DNA of 27,808 nt, from contig CAWIMJ010000020.1 of NCBI GenBank assembly GCA_963837175.1, positions 1 through 27,808 on the forward strand, given 5' to 3'. The stretch's first letter is position 1. Each line of letters begins with the position of its first letter. Both the position numbers and the translations under genes were made by a program. The stretch comes from an uncultured Nitrososphaeraceae archaeon. Lineage in GTDB: Archaea > Thermoproteota > Nitrososphaeria > Nitrososphaerales > Nitrososphaeraceae. Positions 1 through 11,220 of the stretch are shown piece after piece. Below the pieces are notes generated by a model, which was given only the letters and a program-made list of their open reading frames with translations, was not told where the DNA came from and made no database searches.

Positions 1-22
1 AATAATTGTGTACAAATGCTAT

Positions 23-492
23 TTATGTATAGGTATTCATCATAGCTATTGCTGGTAGTTTCTGTACTGCCATCTGTATATCCTGATTAGTGCTATAAAC
101 CAATACTGTATTCTCGTTAATCCTTCCTACCTTCTTACTATAATTAAATTCAGATAAAACAGAAAAGCCAGCTGCAGCAAAGGCACTCTTGAATTTTGGA
201 ACTAATTCGGTTGGAACATAGATAAGACCTACCGTTGTATTCCCGCTTGCTGGAGTAGCGTTCACCGTAACTTTACCATGCCTCACTACACCACCTGCTA
301 CAATGTCATAACTACCAGCTGTAAGTCCAGGGAATAATGTCGTTCCTGTGTATGGAGTACTTGAACCTCCGTTTCCACCTAGACTAATTGTGTGAGTATG
401 ACCGGCATCACCATTTAATACAGTGGTTACAACCATCTAGATGTAATCAGATTTAGCTGAATGAGGAATAGGTCCATTTAGATACTTGTACT
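23..492 (-). pseudogene. 5'-truncated, probably secreted protein (possibly cupredoxin-like), cut off by the IS6 left end
   Basis: ORF 23..436 contains VLNGDAGHTHTI, GxYDIV..G.VTV and VGLIYVPT..F...GFSVLSEFNY, which from memory resemble a thaumarchaeal secreted family. The same frame continues upstream past a TAG at 437-439 (KYLNGPIPHSAKSDYI*) to the IS end at 493. No signal peptide remains. Confidence 0.55.
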
Positions 493-509
493 GGCTCTGT
501 TCACTTAAC
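493..509 (+). repeat. IS6 left terminal inverted repeat
   Basis: GGCTCTGTTCACTTAAC, reverse complement of 1177-1193 with one mismatch. Confidence 0.92.
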
Positions 510-548
510 AATAAATCTATAGCTCAAGACTCTCCACTTCCTTGTTAT

Positions 549-1177
549 ATGGTTATATTCGAAAGAAGTAGAACGCCTTCAAAATATGTTTATTATGCAT
601 TACACTTATACTTTTCAGGTCTTTCACTAAGGAAAACATCCCAAAATCTAGCTCCATTTATTAAAAGAAATCATGTCTCTATATGGAATTGGATTCAGCG
701 GTACAGACCAGAAAAAATATTTCAAAAGAAAAGTATCAGAGTATCTGAATTCATTATAGATGAAACTCTAGTTAAAGCAGGTAATGAATACGTATGGCTA
801 TGGATTGCAATTGAACCATTAGATAGGAAAATCCTGGGTATTCGTATTTCTATATAGAAAGAAACATGCTTATTGCAGAACAATTCCTTCAGAATTTAAT
901 TAGAAAATATGGAAAACATAGAATATCAACCGACGGTAGTGGTACTTGGTATCAACCTCAAGCCTGCAAATTCCTTAAGATAAAACATCTTCATCTTCAT
1001 TTCTCATATGAGAAAAGCATTATCGAAAGAACAATTCAATACATAAAGGATAGAACTGAAAGTTTTGATGATAGTTATTTTCCATGTACTAAAGAGAAAT
1101 GTAAGTTAAAGCATATAATGAATTGGTTTAATATGTTTGTTAATATGCATAACAAGGAGATTGAAAAAAGATTGTAG
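549..1177 (+). pseudogene. IS6-family DDE transposase, frameshifted
   Basis: N-terminal HTH (GLSLRKTS..HVSIWNWIQRY) and DDE motifs IIDET, STDG..WY and KSIIERTIQYIKDR. Split into ORFs 486..857 and 866..1177 by an extra TA at about 852-856 (tct ata TA gaa aga aac atg); removing it restores GIRISIERNMLIAEQF. Likely start is ATG 549, inside the left repeat. Confidence 0.9.
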
Positions 1178-1193
1178 TTAACTGAACAGAGCC
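1177..1193 (-). repeat. IS6 right terminal inverted repeat
   Basis: GTTAACTGAACAGAGCC, overlapping the last base of the transposase stop codon. Confidence 0.92.
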
Positions 1194-1222
1194 AATAGGT
1201 TAATCAAATTAAGTATCAATTT

Positions 1223-1241
1223 ATACTGTATTATACAGTAT
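1223..1241. promoter_or_regulatory. Perfect palindrome, candidate operator
   Basis: ATACTGTAT-T-ATACAGTAT (9-bp arms), just downstream of a minus-strand TTTTATATAA TATA-like element at about 1252-1261. Confidence 0.35.
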
Positions 1242-1348
1242 GAAAATACCATTATATAAAAAAATTAATGGGTAAATCTACAGGTTTTTTGTTAGATGAA
1301 CACAGCTATGAATAATAGAAAGTAAATAATAATATTTTACTTGCTCTC

Positions 1349-3037
<1,689 letters not shown>

Positions 3038-3452
3038 ATCTAAATATTATTGACAAATATAAATATATAAAATTAAGTATTTTTGATATTACATAATTAA
3101 AAAACAACTATATAGATAAGCTAAATTGGAACTGTAATGTTATTACTAATGCTGCAAAGATTATTATATAAAAACAAAAGCTATCCATAAGGATATCTAT
3201 TGACGTTATAATCACTATTGGTATTATAGTGATATCTAATGAATGGCCTTCTAATTTCAAATCTGAAAAATTGCGGAATTTCGTTTGGAATTAAATAATA
3301 TGAGGAACATATGAAGAACCAAATAAAAATTCCGGGCTTCTTTATTTTTGATAAACCTGGATTGTTGTTATTTTTGGTAAATCACAGCAAATCAAAGATG
3401 ATAGGTGGATCTTATCAAAGTCATTGCATCCATATCACAGAATATTGATGTA

Positions 3453-3785
3453 TCAATCATTAACATTCCTTTTCATACTGAAGCTACATGTTTCTGTATG
3501 GATTCGTTCAGGAAGAGCCATATTTTTATGGAAATGAATATTTTTACAAGATCTTTCATTTATTAAAAAATCTTCAATTGTGCCAGAGTATCTTATTAGC
3601 TTAGGTTTAATAGATTCTATTCTTATATATTCACTTACATTTATAGCAAGCTTTCTTTCATAGTCGATTTCCCATAACTCGTCTACCTCATTGTTTATAA
3701 GAACATACTCCAATACTTCCTTAATGGCACTTCTCCTTATGAAGCCTTTGTTTCTTATTACTATAAATGCTACCGGATTGTCCAA
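3453..3785 (-). CDS. Hypothetical protein (start uncertain, possibly 5'-damaged)
   Basis: 110-aa ORF with protein-like composition and a TTG start; no recognised motif. Confidence 0.4.
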   Translation of the reverse strand: MDNPVAFIVIRNKGFIRRSAIKEVLEYVLINNEVDELWEIDYERKLAINVSEYIRIESIKPKLIRYSGTIEDFLINERSCKNIHFHKNMALPERIHTETCSFSMKRNVND

Positions 3786-4140
3786 ACAGTGGTTTAGACT
3801 ATTTTAGATTGCATCTACATCAGAGCAACAAAAAAGAAATAAAACTCGAGTAAAATAAACAAAAAACAATATGTCCAATATGTCTATACTAACTAACAAA
3901 AGTTCGTTTACAGATTTTTCTTAATATGTAAGGTTTACTATGCTTAAAAAATCCTTTTACTTGGTTTTAAAAGATATACGAAATTATGTTAGGCAGTATA
4001 GTTTAGCTACAAACTATAAGATATTTTTATAACTAGTTTTGCTTGTTTTTACAAGTAATATCTATACTACTGAAAGCGCTACACATAACAAGCGTGTATA
4101 TCCTTTATCTATCTTTGCAACTATATAATAAGCTAATAAC

Positions 4141-4773
4141 ATGGCTTCAAGAAAGGATACTGAACGAAAAGATGATTCGACAACCACAACAACCTCTACA
4201 ACTAATTCAACTGCTGATACAACAACATTATCATCGCAACAACATCGACAACAAAGACAACAGAAAGAACATGAAGAAGAACAACATCATGCAATCGACA
4301 GAGCACTAGATACAACTAAAGATAATATCAGGAAGACAACAGATGAAGCAAGACGAGACATTCCACGTTATACTCAAGCTGTTAATGATTATCAAGAACA
4401 AACTATTCAAGCTGCTAGAGAAATAGCAGATAGCTATCTAGAATCACAAAAAGAGATTATTAACTCATTCCAGTCAGCATGGAGTCCGTATGCAGAGACT
4501 TTATTCAGAACAAATTGGATGTCTCCAAAAAGTATAACTGAATTATATGCAAATTTGATTGGCAATTTTGCTAATAACATGATTGCTGCTACTAGACTTA
4601 CACATAATATAATATTTGCAAATATGGAAGCGTTCAAGACATCTATTCAACAAGCAAAAGACAATACCAAGGAATTATCAAGAATAGGTGTGAATACTGC
4701 AAAGACATTTGAACAAACACGTAGAGATAATACAAGACAAATTGATACTACAAGAGTTTCCGTAGAAACATAA
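4141..4773 (+). CDS. Gln/Thr-rich all-helical protein, phasin-like, Nitrososphaera-type paralogue family
   Basis: 210 aa. Low-complexity N-terminus (poly-Thr, Gln/Glu), then amphipathic helices IDRALDTTKDNIRKTTDEARRDIPRYTQAVNDYQEQTIQAAREIADSYLESQKEIINSFQSAW. T-rich tract downstream. The phasin-like label is inference. Confidence 0.8.
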   Translation: MASRKDTERKDDSTTTTTSTTNSTADTTTLSSQQHRQQRQQKEHEEEQHHAIDRALDTTKDNIRKTTDEARRDIPRYTQAVNDYQEQTIQAAREIADSYLESQKEIINSFQSAWSPYAETLFRTNWMSPKSITELYANLIGNFANNMIAATRLTHNIIFANMEAFKTSIQQAKDNTKELSRIGVNTAKTFEQTRRDNTRQIDTTRVSVET

Positions 4774-4877
4774 GAAGAAGAACGAGAAGATAGATCAAAA
4801 AGATTTTAGGTATTTGTCTAAGAGAATGATCTATCTTCTCTTTTATTTTTCTTATCAAAAGATGACGATCAAAAACA

Positions 4878-5372
4878 ATGATAGAGGTTAAACTGCCGTA
4901 TTCTAATAGAAATATCAGCTCTTCACTAACAACTGATTATAGACATGACATTTATGATACAATAAATCAAAACTTTAATAGAGCATTAAATGAGATAGCG
5001 GCGTTTCAACCACAATATTTGCAATCATTATCTAATCTTCAGCTAGATTACATCCAAACAATAAAGAATATGATCCAGAATACGATTTCTGCTCAAAAGC
5101 AAATTGTTGATATCAGCGGCAACAACAGCTGTGGATGGAATATAGCTCCTCCATCAGTACCAGCACAATATATAGAGCAGCTTACAAGACGATTAAGCGA
5201 ATTTACCAATAATTTAATCAGAGTCTCCAATCTCAACAGTCAGCTTACTATCACCATCCTAGATACAATAAGGGAGAACATGAATATCTATAATAGAGCC
5301 AGCGATGAATTGAGTAAGTACAATACTAATATGGCAAAGGCATGGAATTCATTTTTTGCTACTGAACATTAG
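4878..5372 (+). CDS. Divergent paralogue of the upstream helical protein
   Basis: 164 aa. DEARRDIPRYTQAVNDYQEQTIQ aligns by eye with NEIAAFQPQYLQSLSNLQLDYIQ, and ESQKEI with SAQKQI. Followed by a T-rich tract. Confidence 0.72.
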   Translation: MIEVKLPYSNRNISSSLTTDYRHDIYDTINQNFNRALNEIAAFQPQYLQSLSNLQLDYIQTIKNMIQNTISAQKQIVDISGNNSCGWNIAPPSVPAQYIEQLTRRLSEFTNNLIRVSNLNSQLTITILDTIRENMNIYNRASDELSKYNTNMAKAWNSFFATEH

Positions 5373-5524
5373 CAATTACCGCTTTTCTTCTTTTAATGAA
5401 AAATAGTTTGACAAGAGCAAACTTCGGACAAAGAGCAGAAAATTTCAACGGTAAAAAATTTTAATCGTATTAACAAAGACAAACGCAATGTATTAGACCA
5501 GCAAGCTTGACATGTGAGACATTC

Positions 5525-5811
5525 AATATGTGTGTGAAGATGAGTTTCTTTTAGACCAAATTGAACCTGATGTCTGAGTGGAGAAAGTATTAGATGTTCC
5601 TAAAGAACCTATGAAGATTTACAATTAATAATTGTAAGACTTATTTGAAGTAAGAAGGGGAACAAAGGGGAAATCGCTGAATTGAAATTTGCGTTGCAAT
5701 TAGCCAAGGCTTATCCCGGTGATGATGAACGGGAAGATAAATGGTGACAACACGCAGCGTTTTGAATGATTTAGAGAATTTGAATCACTATTTGAATTGC
5801 TCATTAGATTA
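5525..5811 (+). pseudogene. Decayed gene of unknown family
   Basis: Protein-like pieces across frames: YVCEDEFLLDQIEPDV*VEKVLDVPKEP, YEDLQLIIVRL, EIAELKFALQLAKAYPGDDEREDKW, TTRSVLNDLENLNHYLN. Boundaries approximate. Confidence 0.35.
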
Positions 5812-5895
5812 GGAAGAATAGTCAAGATTCGCCTGGTCTTAAATTTGAGAATCTACACCAAGCGAATCCAAGAATTCACAGGGGTCACGATCTCT

Positions 5896-6056
5896 ATGAA
5901 TTAGGGTGTAATATCTTCTGTAGTTAATAAAGACGTATGTCAAGCATTTGGATGCTTTGAATAAACCATAACTTAAATTGAAGTAAAAGCAGGACAGCAA
6001 AGAGTAATTGTATTGTAGCCTTGTAGAGATTGCACAATAAGTTTAAGGATAATTAA
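5896..6056 (+). pseudogene. Small Cys4 zinc-binding protein remnant
   Basis: One frame from ATG 5896 reads MN*GVISSVVNKDVCQAFGCFE*TIT*IEVKAGQQRVIVL*PCRDC, then a frameshift to NKFKDN*. The Cx4C...CxxC pattern resembles, from memory, a multicopy Nitrososphaeraceae micro-protein. Confidence 0.6.
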
Positions 6057-6706
6057 GATAGGAAGATATCGAATAGCACATTTTTTTTGTTCTAGCATGG
6101 GTGAGACTAAACATTACATAGATGAACCTTCAACTCAATGGCGCACAGAAGCATATTATTCAAGTATTAGCAAAAAGCTTGAAAGAAGGATTTCAGTTAG
6201 AAATATAGCAGTAGAGATAGGCATTCATTACGCGGCAAGATATCAGATCATTGGGTTATTTGTATTTTTCAGTTTCCTGAGGTAGTTCCTCTGTGCTATA
6301 TAATAGTATTAGTGAATTCGACTAATTGGATTTCCTGGAAAGCAGCTATCTGCAAAAGATCAATAGGATAACGCTGGTAGCTATTATTCTTTTTCCACCT
6401 TCTGTCTATGGTATATGAGAATAGAAGAGAATAATGATAAGAATAGAGATGCAACAACACAACCTTTAGAAGATGCAACTATCTATTGGGATGTTGGAAA
6501 TAAAGAAGATAATATTGAGAAGGAAATGACTAGATTTTCGACTTTAACGAGAACATATTTGTTTATAATGAGATCTACCAAAGAAATAATAATCATTATT
6601 AATTCTTCAATGATGATATCTTGTACTATTATAATGACATGCTCTTTTGCTGTACATCATTATTAACATTGAAGGGTGTTACCACTTCATTATTCTCTTT
6701 ATTGTA

Positions 6707-7390
6707 TTATCCAACTATTTCTTGCTTGGTAACAGATGCTTCGATATCTGGCCATAACTGAGTAAGTATGATGGGTGTATTAGACCTTATCCATTCAGCC
6801 ATAGACTTTTCTTCATACAGACTCTGTGTCAATGCAGATACTGCTTCTCCATCCACATTGGCTTTCTGCAGAAGATGAGTAAGCATATCATAAAATACTA
6901 TTTCAGCATTTTCTAGTACTGCATCCTCTTTTGCTCCTTTTAAGTCAACCTCAGCACTGGTCATGTACCTTTTGAGTGTATTCATTAGAGACCTGGGCGG
7001 AGACAATATTGGTAATTGTGCCTTGTCTTTTGTTGGTTTGCCACCAAGATTAGATATTAATTGTCTTAATCTCTTTTGTTGTTCTTTTGTTTCATCTAAG
7101 TGAAGCTGCAATTGTTGCTTTGAATCCTGTAATCTAGTTTGCTTTATTCGCGATTGTAATCTTTGAATTGACGCATTTTCCATTGACAATACATCATTTA
7201 AGTACAGTCCCAATTTATCATTAAGAGAAACTCGCTTTGTTTGAGATAATGAACGCTTACTCCTTCTTCTAGTGTTTCTTGCACTTTTTGAGTGGGAAGA
7301 AGAAGTAACAGTACTGATTCTTGACTGACTAGTGGCTTCACTACTGTTTTTATTCTTGGGTGTTGATTTGCTTTTTAAACTACGTGCCAT
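6707..7390 (-). CDS. DUF892 (YciE/YciF-type) ferritin-like protein with basic N-terminal extension
   Basis: YLNDVLSMENASIQRL, LQLHLDETKEQQKRLRQLISNLGGKP, ENAEIVFYDML and SLYEEKSMAEWI fit the four-helix DUF892 pattern. Confidence 0.85.
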   Translation of the reverse strand: MARSLKSKSTPKNKNSSEATSQSRISTVTSSSHSKSARNTRRRSKRSLSQTKRVSLNDKLGLYLNDVLSMENASIQRLQSRIKQTRLQDSKQQLQLHLDETKEQQKRLRQLISNLGGKPTKDKAQLPILSPPRSLMNTLKRYMTSAEVDLKGAKEDAVLENAEIVFYDMLTHLLQKANVDGEAVSALTQSLYEEKSMAEWIRSNTPIILTQLWPDIEASVTKQEIVG

Positions 7391-8548
7391 ATTAATACTA
7401 ATTAGATTAGGTGTAATACATAATTAAAAAAGCTATTACTTTATCTTCGATATTCTGTTTGAATCAAGCTATAAAAGTCGTTTTACCGCAGAAATCAGTT
7501 GTATTTAAAGTGACGTAAAGCATCTTCTGATATCTGCTGGAGTTTATTCCAGTTAGTGATGATTCCTATCTGATGAATAAAAGCTATGCTAATGAAGCTA
7601 ATGACATTCCAATCATTACGTTAGATATTTAATCACTTTCTCCAAAGCACGTCAACAAAGATAGCTAAATGGACACCTCCATATAGATTGCTATTAGATA
7701 AGTCTTCTCAATAAAACATTCTAATATCTTCTTTACTGTTCATCTTTAATATAATGAATTCTTTCATTCTTTCCCATGTAATCATTGTATTCTTTCTTCA
7801 TAATTCCTCCTTATTGGATCCATTATCTTCTTTATTGTTAATTGATTATACTTCGAAGTAAGTTTTGTTAGCTACTCTACCGTTTGACGTTGTGAAAGCC
7901 GCAATGCCCTAATAGTGTTTCTGCTTGGAAATCGTTCGGCCTTAGGATTAATTACAGCAGCACACTGTAATAATCATTTCGCATTTTTTAAATAATTCTC
8001 TAACTTCTTTAAAGAGAAGCTAAATACATAACCTCTCCATGATTCAATTTCGTTGGCGGCGAGATTGTTTTGATTTGGAAATAAATTATTAATCGTATAT
8101 TACTTATAACTTAGTTACTGTCAAGAACCAAAATATCAATCAAACACTGGGAGGATAGACCCTATAAGGCCAGAGTATTAGTGGTGAGAATTTATACAAT
8201 GGCAGGAAGAATAATGTAAACCTAGGTATCTTGTCAAATTTGTTTCATAGACCATTGCCTAAATTTTGTGTAATAACAATTCACAACGACGAGGCTAATG
8301 CCAATCTTGTTCATTACATTAATCAAAATCTAGAGATAAAAAATCTCGATAGCCTGACTACAGTGTATTTCGATACAAATATTATAATTGATAGGCTGAT
8401 AATACAGGATTAATACTAAATATAACTCAAAACGTAAGTGCTCAAATCAGATATAACATAATAATGTAAATCCCATGTAAATTATATATATTAAAATATT
8501 AGAGTAAAAGAATTAAGATATAATTACACTTATTAATCCAGATCATCT

Positions 8549-9211
8549 TCATTTTTTTCGTCCGTTATAACATGAATTCAATAACTCTATAAAGCTGGCG
8601 TAATTTAATGACCTCTTATCATAAAGATAGTTTGGTAATATTTTAATGAAGCTAAATCCATTTTTTAACTGAAATAAAAGAACAGGATCTTTTATTTCTC
8701 CAGCAATAGCTTTCTTAACGTATTGTAAAGGCGATATTTTGTCAGCATATTTATAGTAATAATATAATCGGCCTCCAGCTATTATTCTTCGCAAATTCAA
8801 TCTTTTGGCTAAATCTTTTCGTGCATCATAAAGCATTGAAGCAATACCTTGGCGCTGAAATTGTGGATCAGTGGAAATATCGGCTCCATATAAGCTATCT
8901 CCACGAAAGTCATGATTTAGAAACATGCCATGGCCTGTAATGTCATACCACGTATGTTCAGCATAGGGAGGTTCTAGTGTAACTATTAGACTGCTTGCTG
9001 AGCCAACTATCATCTTCTTTTTCATTTTATTACATTCCTCATTATATACTACCTCAGCGCAAAATTGTCCTTCTGGAAATATATCGATATGACTTTTAAG
9101 ATAGAACGATGGCCATATCATACCATATTCAGCCATATCTGCAAAAGATTTCCTTTGTAGATTGACAATTTGGGGAATATCTTGTTTAGTAATATTTCTG
9201 ATCATTATCAC
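8549..9211 (-). CDS. GNAT N-acetyltransferase, YkwB/YhcX-GNAT type
   Basis: SHIDIFPEGQFCAE, HTWYDITGHG..NHD..GDSLYGADI, acetyl-CoA motif QRQGIA, RRIIAGGRL and DPVLLFQLKNGF. Confidence 0.88.
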   Translation of the reverse strand: MIMIRNITKQDIPQIVNLQRKSFADMAEYGMIWPSFYLKSHIDIFPEGQFCAEVVYNEECNKMKKKMIVGSASSLIVTLEPPYAEHTWYDITGHGMFLNHDFRGDSLYGADISTDPQFQRQGIASMLYDARKDLAKRLNLRRIIAGGRLYYYYKYADKISPLQYVKKAIAGEIKDPVLLFQLKNGFSFIKILPNYLYDKRSLNYASFIELLNSCYNGRKK

Positions 9212-10272
9212 TTTATTGTTAAACTCTCTTCAGAACATGTATTTTATATGATTAATCCATTTATAAGCTAGTCATCTTCGGATAGAAGGTATTGTTCTTT
9301 TTTTCCTCCCATTAATCAAGAGTACATAAATAGGGTAACCGTTTCTACAAATTCGAGTCTCTATCTTTCTTTCTATATGGTGTCAGCTTTGGCTATCTGT
9401 TTATTACTAAGCGAAGGATTGGAAGTTGTGAAATCAGATAAGCAAGCTATCTGGAGAACTTAATCTAAATTTGTAGCAACGATAGATCAAGTCTTGCAAG
9501 GCAAAATATAATAAATATTAGATGGCTATATAGAATTCATTTTATCTTGTTATTAAAGTTAGGTTTCAAATGATCTTTTTATCTTTTATTTTTTGTAAAT
9601 TTTCCTTGATAATCAATATTCAGATTTCAATTCTATGTCTAGAGTTGTAGGATTGGAATAAATTTAGAAGCTGTTCATTACAATATTTTATAGCCTCTCG
9701 ATAGATATTATGGATTAGCCTTCTCACACTTTTGTTATATTAATGAATCAAATAATCAGTAAATTGAATCGTTATGTTTTTGTTAATTATTCCGACGGCA
9801 GTACCAACAGCTTGGACTTCAGCTATTGCTGAGGATGCGATACAAATTTGCTAAATACTATCTACAGCAGCGTCTTAATCTTTATTTGTTGATGATTACC
9901 ATTATGTTATTCTCATTCTATAAACCTATCTGAATTCTATGGCAAGCCAATTTCACTAATATGCACCTGGCGCGATTAAGAGCATATGTTACCTTAATAA
10001 TCAGCTATAATATTTCCTTAAATTCGACATATCTAGAACACATACTTGATCACGTCTACTATTTCAAATACTTGCCACTAATAATTATAGTTACGTGGAT
10101 ACATCATTCTTTTAAGACTTCTACTGTACCAACATACTTATTGGATAAAGAATTTTTTCTCTGCAGAAAAACTATAATGAATTTGACGTTTCAGCACATG
10201 GTTCATATCGAATCTATGGTGATCATTCTATGATTTCTTTGTAATGTATTATTGTTCGTGTCTAACGATCTA

Positions 10273-10830
10273 TCATTCATATATTCCAGTGCAACAGATA
10301 AGATAGGCTAGTAAAGTACCAGCACTTTCAATTTTTCTTTCTTTTATCATATCTCTTAATTCGGTTAGAGATACAGTATCGATGCTTATAATATCTTCTG
10401 TGATATCATTTTTAGATTCATTCTTAATCAAACCTTCCCCTTTAAAAATATGAACAAGTTGCCTTGACTTGCTAACTGATGGGTGATAGGTATAGATATG
10501 TCGAACTTGCTTTGCAAGATAACCTGTTTCCTCCAATAATTCTCTTTTTGCTGCTTCATTCATATCTTCACCATTTTCAATATGCCCAGCAGGAAATTCG
10601 AGGAGTACTTTACGTAATGGATATCTATATTGTCTTATCATTATTAGAGAGTCGCTATTGAGAAAAGGAACGATAACAACAACGTCTGAGGCTTTATACC
10701 ATGTATAATCGGTTGTGTTTCCATTTCTGGTTTCAATCTTATCCTGATACAATTCAATCCATGGATTTTTAAAAATGAGATCGCTTTGTGTTGTCTTTGA
10801 ATAATATGAAGATATATAATACTTAGACAT
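10273..10830 (-). CDS. Nudix hydrolase, ADP-ribose pyrophosphatase-like
   Basis: Nudix box GHIENGEDMNEAAKRELLEETGY, preceded by RQYRYP..LEFPAG. Confidence 0.92.
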   Translation of the reverse strand: MSKYYISSYYSKTTQSDLIFKNPWIELYQDKIETRNGNTTDYTWYKASDVVVIVPFLNSDSLIMIRQYRYPLRKVLLEFPAGHIENGEDMNEAAKRELLEETGYLAKQVRHIYTYHPSVSKSRQLVHIFKGEGLIKNESKNDITEDIISIDTVSLTELRDMIKERKIESAGTLLAYLICCTGIYE

Positions 10831-10974
10831 GCTTCAATAGGCATTTATCAATAACATGAAATATTAGTATTACCGACAAAAGAACATTCTTTAATGCCAG
10901 TACAATATATGTAACGTGTAAAATATATTCTATAGCCATAAATTTCTCCATTAAACAAAAAGATATTATTAACC

Positions 10975-11220
10975 ATGAACTATAATGCTAATGACAAGAA
11001 TATGTTATGTCCTACTTGCCAAACGAATTTTCATCCTCACATGAGTAATCTCTTTATTGGCAAGAATGGGAGGAATAATAGTGTATTTATCTATTATCAA
11101 ATTTGTCCTGAGTGCAGAGAACCTATTGTAGGTCTCAAGGAAGCGGTAAAAGGTGAAGTATATTTAAATCCTAACGATGTTGAAGGCTTGTTAATTTTAA
11201 CAAGTACAAGGAGAAGATGA
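10975..11220 (+). CDS. Small zinc-ribbon protein
   Basis: 81 aa, ATG start, two CPxC knuckles (CPTC, CPEC); divergent from the Nudix gene. Confidence 0.7.
   Translation: MNYNANDKNMLCPTCQTNFHPHMSNLFIGKNGRNNSVFIYYQICPECREPIVGLKEAVKGEVYLNPNDVEGLLILTSTRRR

Larger units (their letters stand above)
493..1193 (+). mobile_element. IS6-family insertion sequence, 701 bp, defective transposase
   Basis: Terminal inverted repeats GGCTCTGTTCACTTAAC (493-509) and GTTAACTGAACAGAGCC (1177-1193) match at 16/17 and start with GG, as in IS6. The element encodes an IS6-type DDE transposase. Flanks CTTGTACT and AATAGGTT are not a target duplication. Confidence 0.92.

Noticed and set aside
486-548. TTG start at 486 for the transposase
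   Set aside because: It lies outside the left terminal repeat; ATG 549 is the plausible start.
1223-1241. LexA SOS box
   Set aside because: The CTGT..ACAG spacing is 5 nt rather than the 8 nt of the E. coli box, and the host is probably archaeal.
5619-5637. Palindrome TTACAATTA-A-TAATTGTAA
   Set aside because: Almost all A/T and inside a decayed coding region; likely chance.
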